This document shows positions 39,761-50,233 of a DNA stretch of 64,000 nt, piece by piece. A program made the translations under genes and the position numbers. Each line of letters begins with the position of its first letter. Positions within the stretch are counted from its first letter, which is position 1. Source of the DNA: Verrucomicrobiota bacterium (lineage in GTDB: Bacteria > Verrucomicrobiota > Verrucomicrobiia > Limisphaerales > CANJSG01); assembly GCA_038209745.1 (NCBI GenBank), contig JBBQXJ010000003.1, positions 46,284-110,283 on the forward strand, read 5' to 3'. The notes under the pieces are model-generated. The model saw only the letters and a program-made list of their open reading frames with translations. It had not been told where the DNA came from and made no database searches.

Positions 39761-42451
39761 TCAGGGCGTGGATTTCCGCCCCCGGGCCATCGCCTCGATG
39801 TGGCGGACGACGAGGGCGGTCCAGCCGGTCTGGTGGCTTGAGCCGAGGCCCTTGCCGGTGTCCGCGTGGAAGTATTCGTGGAAGAGCAGGAGATCCTTCC
39901 AGGCTGGATCGGTGTCGAAGCGCTTGTCGCCGCCGAAGCAGGGCCGGTTGCCGTTCTCGTCCGGCAGGAAGAGTCCGACCAGCCGCTTCTCGAGCTCACG
40001 CGCGGCGGCTTTGAGGCTCACCCTGTTGCCCGAGCCGGTGGGCAGCTCCACCTGGATCTCGTCGCCGTAGAACCGGTGGTAGCGCTCCAGCGCCTCGATC
40101 AGAAGGTAGGTGGTGGGGAACCAGATGGGGCCGCGCCAGTTGGAGTTGCCGCCGAAGAGCCAGGTGTTGGATTCGCCGGGCGCGTAGTCTACCCGGTGCT
40201 GTTCGCCGCCGATCTCGAAGACGAAGGGGTTCTTTTCATGGTAGCGGGAGAGGGAGCGCACGCCGTAGGGGGAGAGGAACTCGGACTCGTCGAAGAGATA
40301 CTTCAGGACCGACTCAAGCCGTTCCTTGGTGGGGATGGAGAGGAGCAGGCCGGTGCCCTTCTTCGCGCCGCAGCTGCTGAAACGGCCGAGGTCGGAACGG
40401 TAGCGATGGAACCATTGGAAGCGCTTGTAGAAGCCGGGCAGCGTCTTGATCCGCTCTTCGTCGAAAACCTCCACGGCGATGAGGGGCAGCAGGCCGACCA
40501 GGGAACGGGTGCGCAGGGGAATGGTGTTCCCGTCCATCACGAGCTGGTCGTAGTAGAACCCGTCCTGCTCGTCCCAGAGACCGGTGCCGCCCGCCTGGTT
40601 GATCGCGTCGGCGATCTGCACGAAGTGCTCGAGGAACTTGGACGCCATGTCCTCGTAGGCGCGGTTGACCTTGCCGTCTTCCCCGTGGGCCAGCTCGATG
40701 GCCATCGCGAGCATGGTGGCGCAGTAGAAGGCCATCCACGCGGTGCCGTCCGCCTGGAGCAGCGAGCCGCCCATGGGCAGGGGCTTGGAGCGGTCGAAGA
40801 CGCCGATGTTGTCCAGGCCGAGGAAGCCGCCGGCGAAGAGGTTCTTGCCGCTGGCGTCCTTGCGGTTGACCCACCAGGTGAAGTTCAGCAGCAGCTTCTG
40901 GAAGACGCGCTCCAGGAACTCGCGGTCGCGCTGGCCGGCGGCGTCGGCGATCTTGTAGACGCGCCAAGCGGCCCAGGCGTGGACCGGTGGATTCACGTCG
41001 CCAAAGGCGAACTCGTAGGCGGGGAGCTGGCCGTTCGGGTGCATATACCACTCGCGCAACATGAGGAGCAGCTGCTCCTTGGCGAAATGGGGATCCATCC
41101 TTGCGAACGGGATCATGTGGAACGCGGTGTCCCACGCGGCGAACCAGGGGTACTCCCACTTGTCGGGCATCGAGATGATGTCGCGGCTGAAGAGGTGGCG
41201 CCACTCGCTGTTGCGACCATGCTTCCGGCCTTCCGGGGGCTCGGGCATGGAAGGGTCGCCGTTGAGCCAGTCCTCGATGATGATGTGGTAGAACTGCTTG
41301 GTCCAACAGAGCCCGGCATAGGCCTGCCGCACGACGCGGCGCTCGTCGTCGGTCATCGGACCGGTCTCCAGCGAATCGTAGTAGGCGTCCGCGTCGCTGC
41401 GGCACTGGTCCACGATGGCGTCGAACTTATGGGCGACGAGGCCGGGGTCGGCCTCGCCCTTGCCGAAGAGGCGGACGCGGACGACGACCTCTTCGCCCGG
41501 CGCGAGCTCGAATTCGTAGTGGGGCGCGGCCTTGGTGCCGATCTCCTTGGGGTTCACGGCCCCGGTCTTGCGGTGGATGACGGCGTCGTGGAACGCGTCC
41601 TTGACCCAGCGCCAGGGGTTGGGCGTGCCGTAGAGGCGCTCGAAGTTCGTCTCGTTGTCCGTGACGTAGAGAGGGGGCTGGACGCCTCCGGGCAGGGGCG
41701 AATACTCGAACCAGAAAGGCTCGAGCGTCTCGTGGGTCAAGGAGAGCCGGCCGGGGATGTGGCGGGCGATGCGGGGCTTCAACGTGCCGGCCTCGTGCTG
41801 CGTGCCCCAGACCCAGGTGTTGCGGAACCAGACGGTCGGCAGCACGTGGATGGGCGCGGCTTTGGGCCCGCGGTTGGTGATCTTGATCCGGATCAGGACG
41901 TCGTTCGGGGACGCCTTGGCGAACTCCGTCTGCACGTCGAAGAAGCGGTTGCCCTTGAAGATGCCGGTGTCCGCGAGCTCGAACTCGGGTTCGTCACGGG
42001 TCCGGCCCCGGTTTTCCTCCACCAGCCGCGCATAGGGGAACTCCGCCTGCGGGTAGCGGTAGAGCGCCTTCATGTAGGAGTGCGTGGGCGTGGAGTCGAG
42101 GTAGAAGTATTCCTCCTTCACGTCCTCGCCGTGGTTGCCCTCGGGACCGGACAGGCCGAAGAGGCGCTCCTTGAGGATCGGGTCCTTGCCGTTCCACAGG
42201 GCGACGGCGAAGCAGAGACGGCATTCGCGGTCGGACAACCCCATCAGCCCGTCCTCGCCCCAGCGATACGCGCGGCTGCGGGCGTGTTCGTGGGGAAAGT
42301 AATCCCAGCAGGTGCCATCGCCGGAATAGTCCTCGCGGACGGTGCCCCACTGGCGCTCGGAGAGATACGGACCCCAGCGCTTCCAGTTGCGGCGGCGGAG
42401 GGCGTCTTCGGTCAGGCGGAGGGCTTCGGCTGTGATGGGCTTTTTTGGCAT
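39761..42451 (-). CDS. GH63-related (MGH1-like) glucosidase
   Basis: WGPYLSERQWGTVREDYS, SMPDKWEYPWFAAWD, GGFLGLDNIG, NSNWRGPIW, SHQTGWT. Confidence 0.9.
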   Translation of the reverse strand: MPKKPITAEALRLTEDALRRRNWKRWGPYLSERQWGTVREDYSGDGTCWDYFPHEHARSRAYRWGEDGLMGLSDRECRLCFAVALWNGKDPILKERLFGLSGPEGNHGEDVKEEYFYLDSTPTHSYMKALYRYPQAEFPYARLVEENRGRTRDEPEFELADTGIFKGNRFFDVQTEFAKASPNDVLIRIKITNRGPKAAPIHVLPTVWFRNTWVWGTQHEAGTLKPRIARHIPGRLSLTHETLEPFWFEYSPLPGGVQPPLYVTDNETNFERLYGTPNPWRWVKDAFHDAVIHRKTGAVNPKEIGTKAAPHYEFELAPGEEVVVRVRLFGKGEADPGLVAHKFDAIVDQCRSDADAYYDSLETGPMTDDERRVVRQAYAGLCWTKQFYHIIIEDWLNGDPSMPEPPEGRKHGRNSEWRHLFSRDIISMPDKWEYPWFAAWDTAFHMIPFARMDPHFAKEQLLLMLREWYMHPNGQLPAYEFAFGDVNPPVHAWAAWRVYKIADAAGQRDREFLERVFQKLLLNFTWWVNRKDASGKNLFAGGFLGLDNIGVFDRSKPLPMGGSLLQADGTAWMAFYCATMLAMAIELAHGEDGKVNRAYEDMASKFLEHFVQIADAINQAGGTGLWDEQDGFYYDQLVMDGNTIPLRTRSLVGLLPLIAVEVFDEERIKTLPGFYKRFQWFHRYRSDLGRFSSCGAKKGTGLLLSIPTKERLESVLKYLFDESEFLSPYGVRSLSRYHEKNPFVFEIGGEQHRVDYAPGESNTWLFGGNSNWRGPIWFPTTYLLIEALERYHRFYGDEIQVELPTGSGNRVSLKAAARELEKRLVGLFLPDENGNRPCFGGDKRFDTDPAWKDLLLFHEYFHADTGKGLGSSHQTGWTALVVRHIEAMARGRKSTP

Positions 42452-42722
42452 GTCTGAAGGGGCTGGGCGGACTCGGAGCGGGCACCGGATTGGGGCTTGA
42501 ATGCGATGCGCGTGATTGAAACGGCAAGGCTTCCCGGGCTTCAAGGATTGGACATCACTTTATTGTCGGAAGAAACAGGCCGGTCCCTGACCGAGCCGCT
42601 GAGAAAAGACCGCCTCCCGCCGCGGTTAAGGGTTGAGCGCTGGGCCTGTTCAACTCCCTCCGCCCGTGGACATCCTTTTGGAACGCTCCAGCAACGAGAC
42701 GGATTGGTTCTCGGCCATTGCG

Positions 42723-42935
42723 CTAGAGTTCGTCTTCCCGCTCCGCGTAGAAGAGCTGCCACGCTCGATCATAATCGGCCTCCGGGACGAGGACATGGGC
42801 GCGGCGGGCGAGATCCCCTTCATCGTCGGGCAGGGACGGATCCTCCCATTCCTGGCGTCCGATGATCCCGTGCTTCTCCAGCATCATCAGCAGCATCTCC
42901 GTGTTGATCACGGGGCCGGTGTAGAAGGGTTTCAC
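42723..42935 (-). CDS. Small acidic protein, DUF2007-like
   Basis: E.L..MLE.HGI and V.VPE.DY.RA..L motifs; GTG start. Confidence 0.6.
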   Translation of the reverse strand: MKPFYTGPVINTEMLLMMLEKHGIIGRQEWEDPSLPDDEGDLARRAHVLVPEADYDRAWQLFYAEREDEL

Positions 42936-42991
42936 GGCGCGATCATGCTGCGGGTTGCTCGTCGGACAAGCCCGGAGGGTCGATCCGGGGA

Positions 42992-43816
42992 TCAGGCCCG
43001 GGGGCGGCGGACCACAAGGGCAAAGCCGGTCAATCCAGTGAGGACAAGGGCCCAGGACCCGGGTTCGGGCACCGCGATGATGCTGTCGAGACCCGCGCTG
43101 GGGCCCGCCGTCGACGGACCGCTTTCGCTCAGCCAGACGGTGTTCCACCGCTTGGGGTTGGACCCGTCCATGCCCGACTGGTTGAGGCTCAATCCGATAT
43201 TCTGCAGGCCGGCGACTTGGAAAAAGGAGGATGCCGAAGCGCTCTTGATGAAGACACTGGCCGAACCCTGGCCGGAATTGGCCGAGAGGTTGAGCGTCAT
43301 TCGCACGGTTCCCCAGGTGGCGGTGTCGAAGGCGTATGCGGCCGAAGTGCCCGAGCCGCCGTTGACCGAGAGCTGGAGGGTCACATTGCCCGAGCCGCTG
43401 TCGCTCGTCCGCAATCCCAGCCCCCACTGGGAAAGAGGATCCGCGTTCACGTCCAAGTGTCCGGTGGAGTTGTCCCAGCCGAGACCGGCCGTCACTCCAG
43501 GACTGTTCCCGACATAGAAATTATACTGGAGGACCACGGTCTCGGATCCGGTCAAGCCGCCGAACTGGCCGACCGCCCACGCTGTCGCCGTCGATGCCAC
43601 CGTGCCGTAGCCGGCATACTGGCTGCCGTTCAGTCCACCAGAAGAGACCTGGATGCCGCCCGGGTTCGCGCTCCAGACCGATTGGCCGTTCAGATCCGAA
43701 CCGGCGGTGTAGCCCGAGTCGAAGTCGAACGTGACGGCCCGTGCCGGGAGCGCGGCGAGCAAGCCCGTGGTGACCATCCCGGCGATCTTGGCAGCGGCTT
43801 TGGACGACATAGACAT
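42992..43816 (-). CDS. PEP-CTERM sorting domain protein
   Basis: Signal peptide; DFDSGY..G.DLNGQ..W; VPEPGSWALVLTG...RRPRA. Confidence 0.9.
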   Translation of the reverse strand: MSMSSKAAAKIAGMVTTGLLAALPARAVTFDFDSGYTAGSDLNGQSVWSANPGGIQVSSGGLNGSQYAGYGTVASTATAWAVGQFGGLTGSETVVLQYNFYVGNSPGVTAGLGWDNSTGHLDVNADPLSQWGLGLRTSDSGSGNVTLQLSVNGGSGTSAAYAFDTATWGTVRMTLNLSANSGQGSASVFIKSASASSFFQVAGLQNIGLSLNQSGMDGSNPKRWNTVWLSESGPSTAGPSAGLDSIIAVPEPGSWALVLTGLTGFALVVRRPRA

Positions 43817-43888
43817 TGCCGGCTCATCGGCGCTCTCCAGTGCGACCTTTAGTCGTCCGGATCAAAATCCGGGCAACCTCCGTCGGAA

Positions 43889-44815
43889 TCACTTCGCGAC
43901 GGCCGCCTTGCGGATCTCGGCGATGAGCTCGCCCGGGGTCCATTTGTTCTCGGGGATGATCGCCTGCACGCGGCCGGCGGCGTCGATGACCACGGTGCGC
44001 AGGTTGTGTCTGATGGTGTTGTCGACCCGCCAGAACGTGAGGCCCACGCGGTCGCCCAGCGCCGTGATGTCCCGGAGCGAGCCGGTGAGCAGGCTCCAAT
44101 GGGCGGGATTGTTCCTGTGGCGAAGTCCGTAGGCCTCCAGCACCGCCGGAGTGTCGGTCCCGGGATCCATCGTCACGGACCAGAGCGACCAGTTCTTCGG
44201 CGCCGCCGGATCTTTCAGCAGGGCCGCCTGCACCGCTTCAAAATTGTCGGACATCCGCGGGCAGAACGTGGGGAAGGGACAGCTGGTGAAGATGAACGTG
44301 ATGGCGACGGCCCGACCCTTCAGGGCGGCCAGGTTCACGGTCTGGCCGAGCTGGTTCGTCAGCACACAGTCCGGCACCAGGTCGCCCACCCGGAGCTCCT
44401 CCGAGGCGTGGACCGTGCGGACGCCCGCCTTCTCCTCCTGCGTCGGCTCTTCCCCCACCTTCTTGACCTTCTCGATCCAGCCGTCGTTCCCGGTGTCCAC
44501 CAGGTTGAAGGTGACGACGTCGCGCGGCTTGAGCCCGGCCAACCCGTTCGTCGGGCGGACGGTGAAGGGCATGGTCATGGCCTGCATGTAGCCGGGGATC
44601 TCCTCGTGCCGGATGCGGGCTTCGGTTCGATCTTCGGCGATCTCGACGATGACGCCCTTGACCTGGAATTCCTTGCGGCCGGCCGTCGTGGATTCCGGCG
44701 TCTTCTCCGAGGAACTGCAACCGGCCAAGCCCAGCCAGCCGGCGGAGAGGAGCGCGATCAATCTCAGGGACAGGCCGGATCCGGCCACGGACAGCATCGA
44801 GGACACAATTCGCAT
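43889..44815 (-). CDS. SCO family lipoprotein with N-terminal CusF-like copper-binding domain
   Basis: LAGC lipobox; HEEIPGYMQAMTMPF; FIFTSCPFPTFCP; HNLRT; start uncertain. Confidence 0.85.
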   Translation of the reverse strand: MRIVSSMLSVAGSGLSLRLIALLSAGWLGLAGCSSSEKTPESTTAGRKEFQVKGVIVEIAEDRTEARIRHEEIPGYMQAMTMPFTVRPTNGLAGLKPRDVVTFNLVDTGNDGWIEKVKKVGEEPTQEEKAGVRTVHASEELRVGDLVPDCVLTNQLGQTVNLAALKGRAVAITFIFTSCPFPTFCPRMSDNFEAVQAALLKDPAAPKNWSLWSVTMDPGTDTPAVLEAYGLRHRNNPAHWSLLTGSLRDITALGDRVGLTFWRVDNTIRHNLRTVVIDAAGRVQAIIPENKWTPGELIAEIRKAAVAK

Positions 44816-44896
44816 GGCCGTAAAAATGGGCCGCAACCGCGTGGGCCGCAAGCCGGTGGACTTGCTTCCGTCTTCCCGCTCGGGTTACCTGCACCC

Positions 44897-45328
44897 ATGC
44901 CCGCCGCGTCGCGCCCCAGCCAGAGCGCCGAGGACTACCTCGAACGAATCCACGAGCTCATCGAGGAGAAGGGCTATGCCCGCGTGGTCGACATCGCGTC
45001 GTCGCTCAACGTCCGCCAGGCCTCCGTCACCAGCATGGTCCAGAAGCTCGACGAGATGGGCTACCTCAACTACGTGAAATATCGTGGTCTCGTCCTCACC
45101 GACAGCGGCCGCGACGTGGCGACGATGATCCAGCAGCGGCACGAAACCCTTTCCCGGTTCTTCTCCCTCTTCGGCATCGATCCCGAGACGCAGCGCCGCG
45201 ACATCGAGGGCATCGAGCACCACCTCAGTCCCGAGACGGTCGAGGTGCTTTCGGACCTGGCCGGCTTCTTCGAAAAGAATCTCCCGGTTCTGCAGAAGTT
45301 CCGCAAATCCCGTCCCGATTCCCGATGA
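44897..45328 (+). CDS. mntR: DtxR/MntR family metal-dependent transcriptional regulator
   Basis: EDYLE.I.ELI..KGYARVVDIA..L.V...SV..MV.KL; D.EGIEHH.S.ET. Confidence 0.85.
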   Translation: MPAASRPSQSAEDYLERIHELIEEKGYARVVDIASSLNVRQASVTSMVQKLDEMGYLNYVKYRGLVLTDSGRDVATMIQQRHETLSRFFSLFGIDPETQRRDIEGIEHHLSPETVEVLSDLAGFFEKNLPVLQKFRKSRPDSR

Positions 45329-45708
45329 GCGCCGCCCTGCCGCCCGACTGGAACACCCTTCTGCGATTGGCCCGGGCCGAAGTGAAGCGCACCCAGGCCG
45401 AGCTGCCCGAAGCCCTGCGTGATCCCGCCGCCTCCCTGCCCGTGGTCTACGAGACCATCCCATCGGCCGACCTCGCCGAGGACGGCATCGAAGCCGACAC
45501 CCTTGGTCTCTTCAGCGGCGATCCGCTCCATGAGGCGGGCCAGTCGCCCCTCCCGGCCCACGTCACCCTGTTCCTGGAGAACATCTGGGACTTCGCCGGC
45601 CACGATTTGGAGATCTTCCGCGACGAGGTGCGCATCACCTACGTCCACGAACTCGGCCACTATCTCGGACTGGACGAGGACGATCTGGACGAGCGGGGCC
45701 TGCTCTGA
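45325..45708 (+). CDS. Minimal zincin-like metallopeptidase (Zincin_1)
   Basis: LGLF.G, I/V.LF.ENI, EV.ITY.HELGHYLGL. Confidence 0.85.
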   Translation: MSAALPPDWNTLLRLARAEVKRTQAELPEALRDPAASLPVVYETIPSADLAEDGIEADTLGLFSGDPLHEAGQSPLPAHVTLFLENIWDFAGHDLEIFRDEVRITYVHELGHYLGLDEDDLDERGLL

Positions 45709-45905
45709 GTTGGAACGATGCCGGGAGGATGGGGGAGCGCTCCTCGCCGGGCGCAATGGACCGCGCCCTCTCGGTCCACTGGAGGTGCAGGAAACGATTC
45801 AACGCCGGGTGGGTCCCGATGCGGTCGTGTCCGGCGCGGAGCCCGCCCGTCGGCATCCGGGATGGCTGCGATTCCCTTTTATTTCCGCTGCTTCGTTCCG
45901 GCTGA

Positions 45906-46241
45906 GTTGGGAAGAAATCCCACTTCTGGGGCGTCGCCAACGGGGCCGACCCGTTTGTGATCGACCAGATCCGGAACCAGTTTCTCTTCGCCGCCGGTCC
46001 GGAAGCGAACGAGCTCTTCAACAACGACGCCCAGGGCATCCTGAGCGGCAAGACGTCCGTGGACGACATTCGCTCCCGGGCCCAGCGCGCAGCCAACGAG
46101 ATGCGCAAGCTCCAGAGGGAACTTGGCGGCGAGAGCGATCCGGTCGATGGCTATCTGTCCATACTGGACCATTTCCTGTCGAAGACCGGGTCCCTGGCGC
46201 CCACGACGAAAGCGTCAGCGCGCGTGTTGAAGAGCCGGTGA
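45906..46241 (+). other. Helical hypothetical protein fragment, probably a 5'-degraded gene
   Basis: Coding-like open stretch (QIRNQFL..AGPEAN..F....G.LSGK.SV.DIR..A...A) after TGA at 45903, with no convincing start or signal. Confidence 0.4.
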
Positions 46242-46509
46242 TCTGACGGGCCATGGTTTTCGGCCGACGCGTTGTTCAAAACGCTCTGTTTAAGTCGGCC
46301 GGAGGGAGTGCTTTTTTTCCACCGCTTGTCCCCGCAAACGGGGATAGCGCGGGCTTGGTCTGGTTCTCCAAGATCAGACCGTACCCAAACAGGGTCGTGC
46401 GGCGGGCGCTCTGCATTGTTCCGGACAGATCCGGGGAGCGACCCTCGAGGCAGTCCGGCTTGCCCGTCGAGGGCAGGATGGGTTGCCCAGCTAAGGATCC
46501 AATCAATCA

Positions 46510-49467
46510 ATGAATGAAATGAAGTCAGCCACCACGCCGCGCGTTTTCGCGACGTTGGGCGCCCTGTTCGTCGCCCTTGCGACGCAGGCCCAGCCAACCA
46601 TCCATGACGTCTATCCGGACGGTGCCACGCTTCAGCAGTCGACGAATCTTCTCAGTTTCGGGGTGACCGCCGGCGCTGCCGAACTCAAACCCGAGGGCAT
46701 TTCCGTTCGCTTGGTCTCCACGAATACGGCGGGCCGGGTGGTGGATGTGACTTTGACCGCCGCCTCCGGACTGACCGTCGGCGGTACCGTCACAGAACGG
46801 TCGGTCTCGGCGCCATTGGCGATCAACGTCGTCGGCTATTCGGCGTGGATCATCGCCACCGACACCGGCGGATTGTCGGCCACCAATTCGGTGGATTTCG
46901 ACACGCTCAGTCCGGTCTTTTCGGTCGAAATCGAGGATTTCAACTACAACGCTGGAATGTTCGTCCCCGAGCCGCAAGTGGGTGGATACAGCCGTGATGT
47001 GCTCACGGACGCGCCGGTGGACGGCATCGACCTCCACGAGGGAAATCTGGTTGGGGGCGGCAACACCGCCTACCGTGAACCGGGCCTCTTCACCGAGCCG
47101 AACGGCGACACTCCCCGCACCCGATTCGCCGCCGCGGGCAAGACCGACTACAACGTCGGATGGTTCGACAACGGCGACTGGGGCAACTATTCCCGCCCTT
47201 ACCCTGCCGGGGTCTACAATGTCTATTATCGCGCGGCCAATGGCTCCGGCGGCACCAGCCCGGCGACTCTCGCCCGGGTCACCTCCGACGCGACACAATA
47301 TGACCAGACCACGGAAGTCCTGGGAACGTTCACCGTCCCGAACACCGGCTGGCAGACCTACCGTTACTACGGCTTGCGGAACGGGGATGGCAGCCTCGCC
47401 CAGATCACCTTGGACGGCACCAGGCAGACGCTGCGCTTCAACTGTGGTGGTGGCCAGAACGCGAACTTCTTCGCCCTCTTTCCGGCCAGCACGAACGCGC
47501 CGGTCGTCCACGATGTCTATCCGGACGGGACCCGGCTGTATCAGCGCACCAACACCATGTCCTTCGCCGCCACTGCGGCCGACTCGACCATCGCGCCCGG
47601 AGACATCTCCGTCCTCCTGGCCTACACCACGATTGCAGGACAATCCGGATCGACCAACCTTACCTCGGCCGCCGGGTTGACGATCGGCGGCACCGCTGCG
47701 GAGAGGACGGTTTCGTTCTCGATCCAGACCAACATTCCCGTCTATCGGGCCGTGATCCGCGTGGTCGACGGCAATGGGAATTTCCGTGAATCCACCGTCA
47801 AGTTCGGCACCGCCATTCCGGAATTCTCCTTCGAAGCGGAGGACTTCGACTACAATCTCGGCAAGTTCATCGCCGGTGACCAGACCAACGGGCTTGCGGC
47901 GCCGGACTTCGTGGCCATCGAGGGCGTCGACACGCACGCCGTCAACATCGCGGGGGGCCAGTTCGCCTACCGCAACGAAGGCTTGAACACCGAAGCCACG
48001 GGGGACGTGCCCCGGGCCAAGTATGCCGGTTCCGGACTCGCGGACTACAACGTCGGCTGGAACGACACCGGAAACTGGGCCAACTATACCCGGGTCGTTC
48101 CTCCGGGTGTGTTCAACGTCTACGCCCGGGCCGCGAACAGCGGCACGCTCACCCTCGCGGTCGTGACGGGCGGTCTCGGCACCGACGTTCAAACCACCAC
48201 CAATCTCGGCACCTTCACGGTTCCGACGACCGGTGGTTATCAGGCCTACGCCTGGGTGCCGCTCAAGGATTCCAGCGGCAACCTCGTCAAGTTCACGGGT
48301 GGTTCCCGGGCGACCTTCCGCTCGACGACGGGCGGCGGCCACAATATCAACTTCTACGCGTTCTACCCTGCGGACGTGAACATCCCGACCATCACGGGAG
48401 TTTATCCGAATGGAGCGACGCTCTTCCAGCAGACCAACGTCCTGAGCTTCAGAGCTTCCTCCCCTGCCGGCATCGACCAGCAGAACGTGACGGTGGAAGT
48501 CGACGGCGAACCCGTGACGGGCCTGACGTTTGAGGGGTCTTCCAGCGAGTGGATCGTCCGCTATGTCGGGCTCGGCTCCAACACCACCCATACGGCCGAC
48601 ATCCGGGTGGAGGCGAACAACGGCTCCATGCAGACGGTCTCCGTGGCCTTCGACACCTACAACAAGACCTCCTTCACGGTGGAGACCGAGGCCTTCAACC
48701 ACTCGAGCGGCATGTTCTTCGACAACCCGACCCAGGACTCCTACGGGTCCCTTGGCGCGACACCCGGCATCGACGCCTTGGATGTGGACCTGGTCAATGG
48801 CAACCATGCCTACCGGGTCGAGGGCCTGAACACCGAAGTCACCGGTGACGTCGCCCGCGACACGCTCGTCAGCGACTTGAACTTCCTCGACTACAACGTC
48901 GGGTGGTTCGACAACGGCTGTTGGGGCAACTACACCCGCACCTATCCGGCGGGCAGCTACAATGTCTTCCTCCGTGCGGCGAACGGCACCGGTGGACCCG
49001 GATCCGCCTCGCTCGCCCGGGTTGCCTCGGATCCGAGCGTGGAAGGCCAGACCACGGAGGCGATCGGAACCTTCGCAGTCCCGGTCACGGGAGGCTTCCA
49101 GACGTATCGATGGGTTCCGCTGACCGACGCCAATGGCGGGTTGGCCGCGGTGACCTTTGACGGCGGCGTCCATACGCTGCGTCTGACCAGCGGCGGTGGC
49201 AACAACGCCAACTTCTTCATCCTCGTTCCCGCTCGTGCGGCGCCCGTGGAAACGACGCTGTCCATCAGCCGAACTGTCGACTTGGTGACCCTCTCGTTCC
49301 CGACCGTGACGGGCATGTCCTACCTGGTGCAGCGGAAGCAGAACCTGGTCGACGCCTGGGCAGTGTTCGGCGCGGCGGTGACCGGTGATGGCACGACCAA
49401 GTCGGTAACGGATTCAACGGCGGCGGGCAGCGGGTTCTATCGGACCAGCGCCACCACGCAGCCGTAA
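46510..49467 (+). CDS. Secreted protein with three tandem (Ig-like + CBM6-like) repeats, no catalytic domain recognised
   Basis: Repeats start at 46594, 47500 and 48385 (P....VYP.G); each has E.EDF.Y, DYNVGW....W.NY.R..P.G.YNV..RAA, F.VP.TG..Q.Y. Confidence 0.8.
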   Translation: MNEMKSATTPRVFATLGALFVALATQAQPTIHDVYPDGATLQQSTNLLSFGVTAGAAELKPEGISVRLVSTNTAGRVVDVTLTAASGLTVGGTVTERSVSAPLAINVVGYSAWIIATDTGGLSATNSVDFDTLSPVFSVEIEDFNYNAGMFVPEPQVGGYSRDVLTDAPVDGIDLHEGNLVGGGNTAYREPGLFTEPNGDTPRTRFAAAGKTDYNVGWFDNGDWGNYSRPYPAGVYNVYYRAANGSGGTSPATLARVTSDATQYDQTTEVLGTFTVPNTGWQTYRYYGLRNGDGSLAQITLDGTRQTLRFNCGGGQNANFFALFPASTNAPVVHDVYPDGTRLYQRTNTMSFAATAADSTIAPGDISVLLAYTTIAGQSGSTNLTSAAGLTIGGTAAERTVSFSIQTNIPVYRAVIRVVDGNGNFRESTVKFGTAIPEFSFEAEDFDYNLGKFIAGDQTNGLAAPDFVAIEGVDTHAVNIAGGQFAYRNEGLNTEATGDVPRAKYAGSGLADYNVGWNDTGNWANYTRVVPPGVFNVYARAANSGTLTLAVVTGGLGTDVQTTTNLGTFTVPTTGGYQAYAWVPLKDSSGNLVKFTGGSRATFRSTTGGGHNINFYAFYPADVNIPTITGVYPNGATLFQQTNVLSFRASSPAGIDQQNVTVEVDGEPVTGLTFEGSSSEWIVRYVGLGSNTTHTADIRVEANNGSMQTVSVAFDTYNKTSFTVETEAFNHSSGMFFDNPTQDSYGSLGATPGIDALDVDLVNGNHAYRVEGLNTEVTGDVARDTLVSDLNFLDYNVGWFDNGCWGNYTRTYPAGSYNVFLRAANGTGGPGSASLARVASDPSVEGQTTEAIGTFAVPVTGGFQTYRWVPLTDANGGLAAVTFDGGVHTLRLTSGGGNNANFFILVPARAAPVETTLSISRTVDLVTLSFPTVTGMSYLVQRKQNLVDAWAVFGAAVTGDGTTKSVTDSTAAGSGFYRTSATTQP

Positions 49468-49519
49468 GACAGAGCTGTCGGACCGGGACGCTGTTCGGCC
49501 CGGTTCCTGAGACAGAGGT

Positions 49520-49564
49520 GGACCCCTTTGCCCGGCGCAAGCCGGGTGGAGGGGTTTTCATTTT
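49520..49564. terminator. Terminator between convergent genes
   Basis: gacccctttgcccggc-gcaa-gccgggtggaggggtt-ttcatttt. Confidence 0.7.
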
Positions 49565-49603
49565 GGGTTTGTTCCGGCGGGCGGGCGGTTGAGCACCGCA
49601 TGG

Positions 49604-50233
49604 TCAACGGGAGCTGCCGTGCTTGGCCACGGCTTCGACGCGGTTCCGCACCTGCATTTTGACACAGATGTTCTTCACGTGGGTGCGGACGGTTTCCACG
49701 CCGATGCCGAGCTTGTCGCTGATCTCCTTGTAGAGATAGCCGGAGGCCAGCAGTTCCAGGACCTCGGTCTCCCGTTTGGAAATATTTTCGGACTCGCGCT
49801 TGGACGGGCCAATAAGGTGGAAGTGCTGCACCACCTTGCGGGCGATGTGGCTGGAAACGGGGGAACCGCCATTGTGGACGTCGTCGATGGCCTTCAGCAG
49901 CGTCTCGGGCGGGCTGGATTTCACGAGATAGCCGTCGGCTCCGGCCTTCAGCGCGCGGAAGATCCTTTCGCTGTCCTCGTAGACGGTCAGCATGATGATC
50001 TGGATGCTGGGCTGGACGCGCTTGAGCTGGGCGACGCATTCGATGCCCGACATGCCGGGGAGCTTGATGTCCATCAACACCACGTCCGGGCGGGTGCGCG
50101 GCAGCTCTTGCAGGGCTTTCTCCGCAGAGGGATGGGCCCCGACGAATTCGACATCCGGCGCCGCACCGAGAATCAAGGCGAGCTGGTCGCTCAGTTCTCG
50201 GTCGTCTTCCACGATGGCCACTTTCTTGATCAT
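49604..50233 (-). CDS. NarL/LuxR family response regulator
   Basis: IVEDD, DVVLMDIKLPGMSG, GADGYLVK, RE.EVL.LLA.G..YKEI...L.I..ETVRTH. Confidence 0.95.
   Translation of the reverse strand: MIKKVAIVEDDRELSDQLALILGAAPDVEFVGAHPSAEKALQELPRTRPDVVLMDIKLPGMSGIECVAQLKRVQPSIQIIMLTVYEDSERIFRALKAGADGYLVKSSPPETLLKAIDDVHNGGSPVSSHIARKVVQHFHLIGPSKRESENISKRETEVLELLASGYLYKEISDKLGIGVETVRTHVKNICVKMQVRNRVEAVAKHGSSR

Noticed and set aside
39866..42457. Long antisense ORFs (also 9055-11592, 11325-13478, 13662-15863, 29645-31723, 46525-49173)
   Set aside because: Shadows of well-supported genes on the opposite strand in GC-rich DNA; no recognisable motifs.
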